Part shown: positions 26,054 through 29,149 of the stretch, piece after piece
How positions within the stretch are numbered: the stretch's first letter is position 1
Layout of the letters: each line of letters starts with the position of its first letter
IMG/VR virus record: IMGVR_UViG_3300040971_000038
Location: 1-29,149 of that record
DNA: 29,149 bases
Source of the DNA: a virus
Lineage: Duplodnaviria > Caudoviricetes
Direction: 5' to 3' (one strand)
The notes under the pieces: model-generated
Databases searched by the model: none
What the model was told of the DNA's origin: nothing
What the model saw: the letters and a program-made list of their open reading frames with translations, nothing else
Translations under genes and position numbers: made by a program

Positions 26054-26350
26054 TCAATCTACTATTTCCATATCAACTTGCCACGCGCCATACTCATCCA
26101 CAGTACCATAGTGGGTATGCCTTTTGATATAGTCCAGAGTGGACGATGTCGCAAGGAAGTCCGGAATAGAAGCACCGCTCAGGCCCACCCGCTTATACTC
26201 CACCAATTGTTTTTCCGCTTCCTGGCCCAACTCTGTAGCAACTTTGGCCATACCGTAGTTCAAAAGTGCCCGGACTTCACCCGCAGTTATGGTGATTTTT
26301 TCTTCCGATTCCAACAAACGTAGGCGCGCATCCAAGTCCTTTACTGTCAT
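26054..26350 (-). CDS. Early-type hypothetical protein
   Basis: Start MTVKDL (alternative start 26365). Confidence 0.7.
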   Translation of the reverse strand: MTVKDLDARLRLLESEEKITITAGEVRALLNYGMAKVATELGQEAEKQLVEYKRVGLSGASIPDFLATSSTLDYIKRHTHYGTVDEYGAWQVDMEIVD

Positions 26351-26414
26351 TTTTTCCACCCCCATTTAAATAATCAAACCAAATATATTGGCATCCGGCA
26401 AGTTATGGACACCC

Positions 26415-26603
26415 CTATTTCAGTATACAAAGTAACACCGTGCCGCCGAAACATACCACCACGACAGCCAGATCAAAGAGTGCCGCCACGGTCCATTCAT
26501 TACGGGTGGGTTGGGGTTGCCGCACTCTATCTTCTATAACAACGGTGTGTTCTATGGGCCTTCCACAGCGCCAACACTCCACGGGAAGCAATACATTTTC
26601 CAT
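26415..26603 (-). CDS. Small protein with CxxC and a C-terminal TM segment
   Basis: ECWRCG motif; hydrophobic C-terminus; starts 1 nt after the upstream stop. Confidence 0.55.
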   Translation of the reverse strand: MENVLLPVECWRCGRPIEHTVVIEDRVRQPQPTRNEWTVAALFDLAVVVVCFGGTVLLCILK

Positions 26604-26604
26604 A

Positions 26605-26922
26605 TCATTCCTGCCTATCAAATATCTTTACAGGGTGTGCCAATGGGAAGCGTGAGTCACTACTATACAGGAAGTTGCCGCCAAACATATAATGCGGCCC
26701 ATTCTGTCCATAGTCCTTGGGCGCTGCTATGAAGTCATTGTAGTGCTTCCTGTGGTATAAGTATATCACGTTGTCTACGTCCGGAGAAAAGCAACCTTCC
26801 ACCATATTGTCTGTGTTTCCATCCGTGAGTACAAGCTCAGCATACTTACTGCTGATGCCGCCATTCGTACTGTCGCCGCACCGCTTGTTTATATACACAA
26901 AGCACAATAGTCCTTTCGCCAT
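26605..26922 (-). CDS. Conserved phage hypothetical protein
   Basis: GL...DSTNGGISS...MFGGNFLYSSDSRF...PVKIFDRQE pattern, recognised from phage early regions; start MAKGLL. Confidence 0.8.
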   Translation of the reverse strand: MAKGLLCFVYINKRCGDSTNGGISSKYAELVLTDGNTDNMVEGCFSPDVDNVIYLYHRKHYNDFIAAPKDYGQNGPHYMFGGNFLYSSDSRFPLAHPVKIFDRQE

Positions 26923-26923
26923 A

Positions 26924-27301
26924 TCATTCTCCATAACTTGCTGGAATAAGTTCACCAGTGATGTCGCAGTAAAGGTCCGTGTCTTCATAGTTTATGTCCA
27001 CGGCCACAATACGGTTCAGCGCCTTCCCTTTTACTTGCGCCAGCTGGGTCCGGAAGTCCGACAACACACCATTAAAAGACACCGCATAGCCATCGTTGGA
27101 AATGAAATACATCTGGTATCCACCGGGCCATGCGTATTGCCCAGCGCGCAACGTGGCCTTCAGGTCCGCAGCGCTGCTGATATGGCGGTGAGTGTGCCTG
27201 TAGTTGGAGCGAAGCGGTGGCCGTTTGTGCCACGCTTCCTTTCGTGTGTCGTAAAGGTTGCCGTCACACTCTGATATGAAAAAATGCTCCGGAAGGCTCA
27301 T
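26924..27301 (-). CDS. Conserved phage hypothetical protein
   Basis: YAWPGGY...DINYEDTDLYCD..GELI..SY pattern; RBS CAAGGAG. Confidence 0.8.
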   Translation of the reverse strand: MSLPEHFFISECDGNLYDTRKEAWHKRPPLRSNYRHTHRHISSAADLKATLRAGQYAWPGGYQMYFISNDGYAVSFNGVLSDFRTQLAQVKGKALNRIVAVDINYEDTDLYCDITGELIPASYGE

Positions 27302-27510
27302 GACTTCACTCCTTGGGTTTTGGCTTGAACTTTTTCCCTGGCCACAGCCTCACACGCATTCGCCACTCTGGTCAACGCAATCGGAAGCGCCACGAATGGA
27401 GTAACATCGGACTCAGCCACAACGTCAATCAGATTATCCATAATGGCTCTGGATATACGTTGTTCATTCGCCATAAACCACTCCAGCGCTTCCACTTTTC
27501 TGTTGGACAT
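27298..27510 (-). CDS. Hypothetical protein
   Basis: 70 aa; tightly coupled to both neighbours. Confidence 0.65.
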   Translation of the reverse strand: MSNRKVEALEWFMANEQRISRAIMDNLIDVVAESDVTPFVALPIALTRVANACEAVAREKVQAKTQGVKS

Positions 27511-27511
27511 A

Positions 27512-27739
27512 TCACACCGCCTTGTTTACTATGTCTGAAATTTCACGTTCAAGAAAATAGGCATATTCAACCCCTTCCAGGAACACTCCGGAATCACGCT
27601 GCCACTTCCGGACCTTCCTGATTGCCCTTTCTGTGACGTTGAACCTTCCGGATATAGGCCACAGGTGAGACGTGTCCGATTGCCGGAAGCGTGCGTTGAT
27701 TTGGCGTTTGGTCATACTATTCCATGGGCTGCTTCGCAT
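27512..27739 (-). CDS. Hypothetical protein
   Basis: Start MRSSPW with RBS AAGGA (alternative start 27802). Confidence 0.65.
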   Translation of the reverse strand: MRSSPWNSMTKRQINARFRQSDTSHLWPISGRFNVTERAIRKVRKWQRDSGVFLEGVEYAYFLEREISDIVNKAV

Positions 27740-27812
27740 GGGCTGTTCCTTTTGTTGCGGTGCGTGGTTATATCCTGCCGGACCTACTATCATTCCAAAC
27801 ACAGTCCACCCC

Positions 27813-28181
27813 CTACTGGTTGAAAATCATTCTCTGGAGAAAAATTGCCTGAATACGGGCAGAGTGGCGCAAATCGCACTGATAGTCATCCATTCCACAC
27901 GCACTGTAGTATTCAGTGGAATAGTCCTTGATAGGTGATTCCGCAAAGGTCCGGAGACTGCGCATCAAGCTGATCAGCACACGTCTGTCGATGCTGGTGA
28001 TTGCTTCTTCCTTCCCTTCCTGCGCCAATAATCTGTAGACCTTGCCGCCACTTTTAATGTGGGAAAGGTCCTCACGATATATTGCCTTGAGCTGGACCAA
28101 GCGCTGATATCTGGCTTGTTTGGTGGCTATTATTTCACCTGGGAAGGCCACAAATTCATCGAGTTGCTTGCGGGTGTTCAT
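27813..28181 (-). CDS. Hypothetical protein
   Basis: Start MNTRKQ with RBS CAAGGAG. Confidence 0.7.
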   Translation of the reverse strand: MNTRKQLDEFVAFPGEIIATKQARYQRLVQLKAIYREDLSHIKSGGKVYRLLAQEGKEEAITSIDRRVLISLMRSLRTFAESPIKDYSTEYYSACGMDDYQCDLRHSARIQAIFLQRMIFNQ

Positions 28182-28282
28182 CTTTTTCTCCTTGGTTACT
28201 TTCTCTGCTACACTTGCCCTTCTTTTAAGGGATTGGGCCTGAGAAGTCAAGGACTTTCTTTGATATCTCACAATTTATTTTT

Positions 28283-28510
28283 TCACGCTTCCGGGCCAGG
28301 GGTCATCCGGAAGGTCTGCTTGTCAAAATAAAAACCACGCAAACCCCCAAAAAGCGTGGGCCGTTTGCGGTATAGCAGCCAGCGGTCACCGCAGTCCTTT
28401 ACTCCAAAATTACGCATTGTGTCTCCAGCAAATTTCATGTTGTTCCTGCTGAAGAAAAGGCTGGAAGGATGCGCGTTCAAGAACAAGCGCCTCAGTTCAT
28501 ATGGGGTCAT
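28283..28510 (-). CDS. Conserved small phage hypothetical protein
   Basis: MTPYEL...FFSRNNMKFAGDTMRNFGV...YFDKQTF pattern; RBS CAAGGAG. Confidence 0.8.
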   Translation of the reverse strand: MTPYELRRLFLNAHPSSLFFSRNNMKFAGDTMRNFGVKDCGDRWLLYRKRPTLFGGLRGFYFDKQTFRMTPGPEA

Positions 28511-28533
28511 GATTTTCCACTCCTTGCGTTTGC

Positions 28534-29145
28534 CTATGCGGCAGTTTCCACCAATACCGGGCATGTCCTAGCAAGGTGCTGCTGGATGCCCTGGATCATA
28601 CTATTCATTTCCTGCTCAGCCCAGCTTAAACCAACGATGCCCCACACTTCCTCTGCGTGCCTCTCATCAAGGACTTTGCCGTCATCTTCGCACTCAGCAT
28701 TGGTCTCATCTACGTGATACGTGCCCACTTCTATGCCAAATACGTCACCCGCCAAATATGATACATATTCATCTATTTCCAGAAGCATGTAGTTGCGCGC
28801 CTTCCGGTATGCTGCCGGACCTTTGCCCCATTCTTCGCGCACTTTGGCTGGGGACATATAGAAAATGGCGTCGTGGCCCCATTCTACTGGTGATTCAAAG
28901 TCCCCAAGCACGCAGTCACGTGGATCAATCGGAACAATAAGGAAACCAAGCTTGCGAGCAGTAGCCACAAGGACATCAATGTCTGAAAAGTCACGATATG
29001 CCCGGTGGTCTTCATTTTCCCGGTTGTCGCAATACCTGGGGTGTTTCCGGACTTCGCACAGGAAGTGATACCGGGTGGCGTGCTTGTCGGAATGCACGTC
29101 TGTGCGTGGTCCTAGTCCCAAAAGCGTTGACGCGCAGTCCATCAT
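28534..29145 (-). CDS. Conserved phage hypothetical protein (may extend past the window edge)
   Basis: KVREEWG...EIDEYVSYLAGDVFG...WGIVG pattern; the frame is open to the edge. Confidence 0.75.
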   Translation of the reverse strand: MMDCASTLLGLGPRTDVHSDKHATRYHFLCEVRKHPRYCDNRENEDHRAYRDFSDIDVLVATARKLGFLIVPIDPRDCVLGDFESPVEWGHDAIFYMSPAKVREEWGKGPAAYRKARNYMLLEIDEYVSYLAGDVFGIEVGTYHVDETNAECEDDGKVLDERHAEEVWGIVGLSWAEQEMNSMIQGIQQHLARTCPVLVETAA

Positions 29146-29149
29146 AGTT

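Noticed and set aside
1-29149. tRNA, integrase, lysis or prohead protease genes
   Set aside because: None recognisable in this window; a scaffold without a protease is a common head-assembly layout

Overview
This window is part of a tailed dsDNA phage genome with a siphovirus-type morphogenesis module and no sheath gene in the window. Positions 1-18816 (minus strand) hold a near-contiguous late operon. In transcription order it runs: terminase small and large subunits, portal, gp7/F-like minor head protein, scaffold, major capsid protein, decoration and accessory fibre-like proteins, head-tail connectors, tail terminator, tail tube, a frameshifted chaperone pair, tape measure, two Dit-like paralogues and a partial tail virion protein. 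Positions 18930-21879 (plus strand) hold a divergent operon of small hypothetical, membrane and secreted proteins. Positions ~22000-22730 are non-coding with a sharp G-rich to C/T-rich switch and may be the genome end or packaging site. Positions 22884-29149 (minus strand) hold two clusters of small early-type hypothetical genes, separated by a ~1.2 kb AT-rich, repeat-rich non-coding region. The most unusual signal is a roughly 9-fold enrichment (counted by eye) of TCCGGA, often as CTTCCGGAC/GTCCGGAAG, in the last 6.4 kb. It occurs in all three codon phases and forms the core of iteron-like repeats and a pre-RBS hairpin. Protein calls come from motif recognition and gene order, not database searches.
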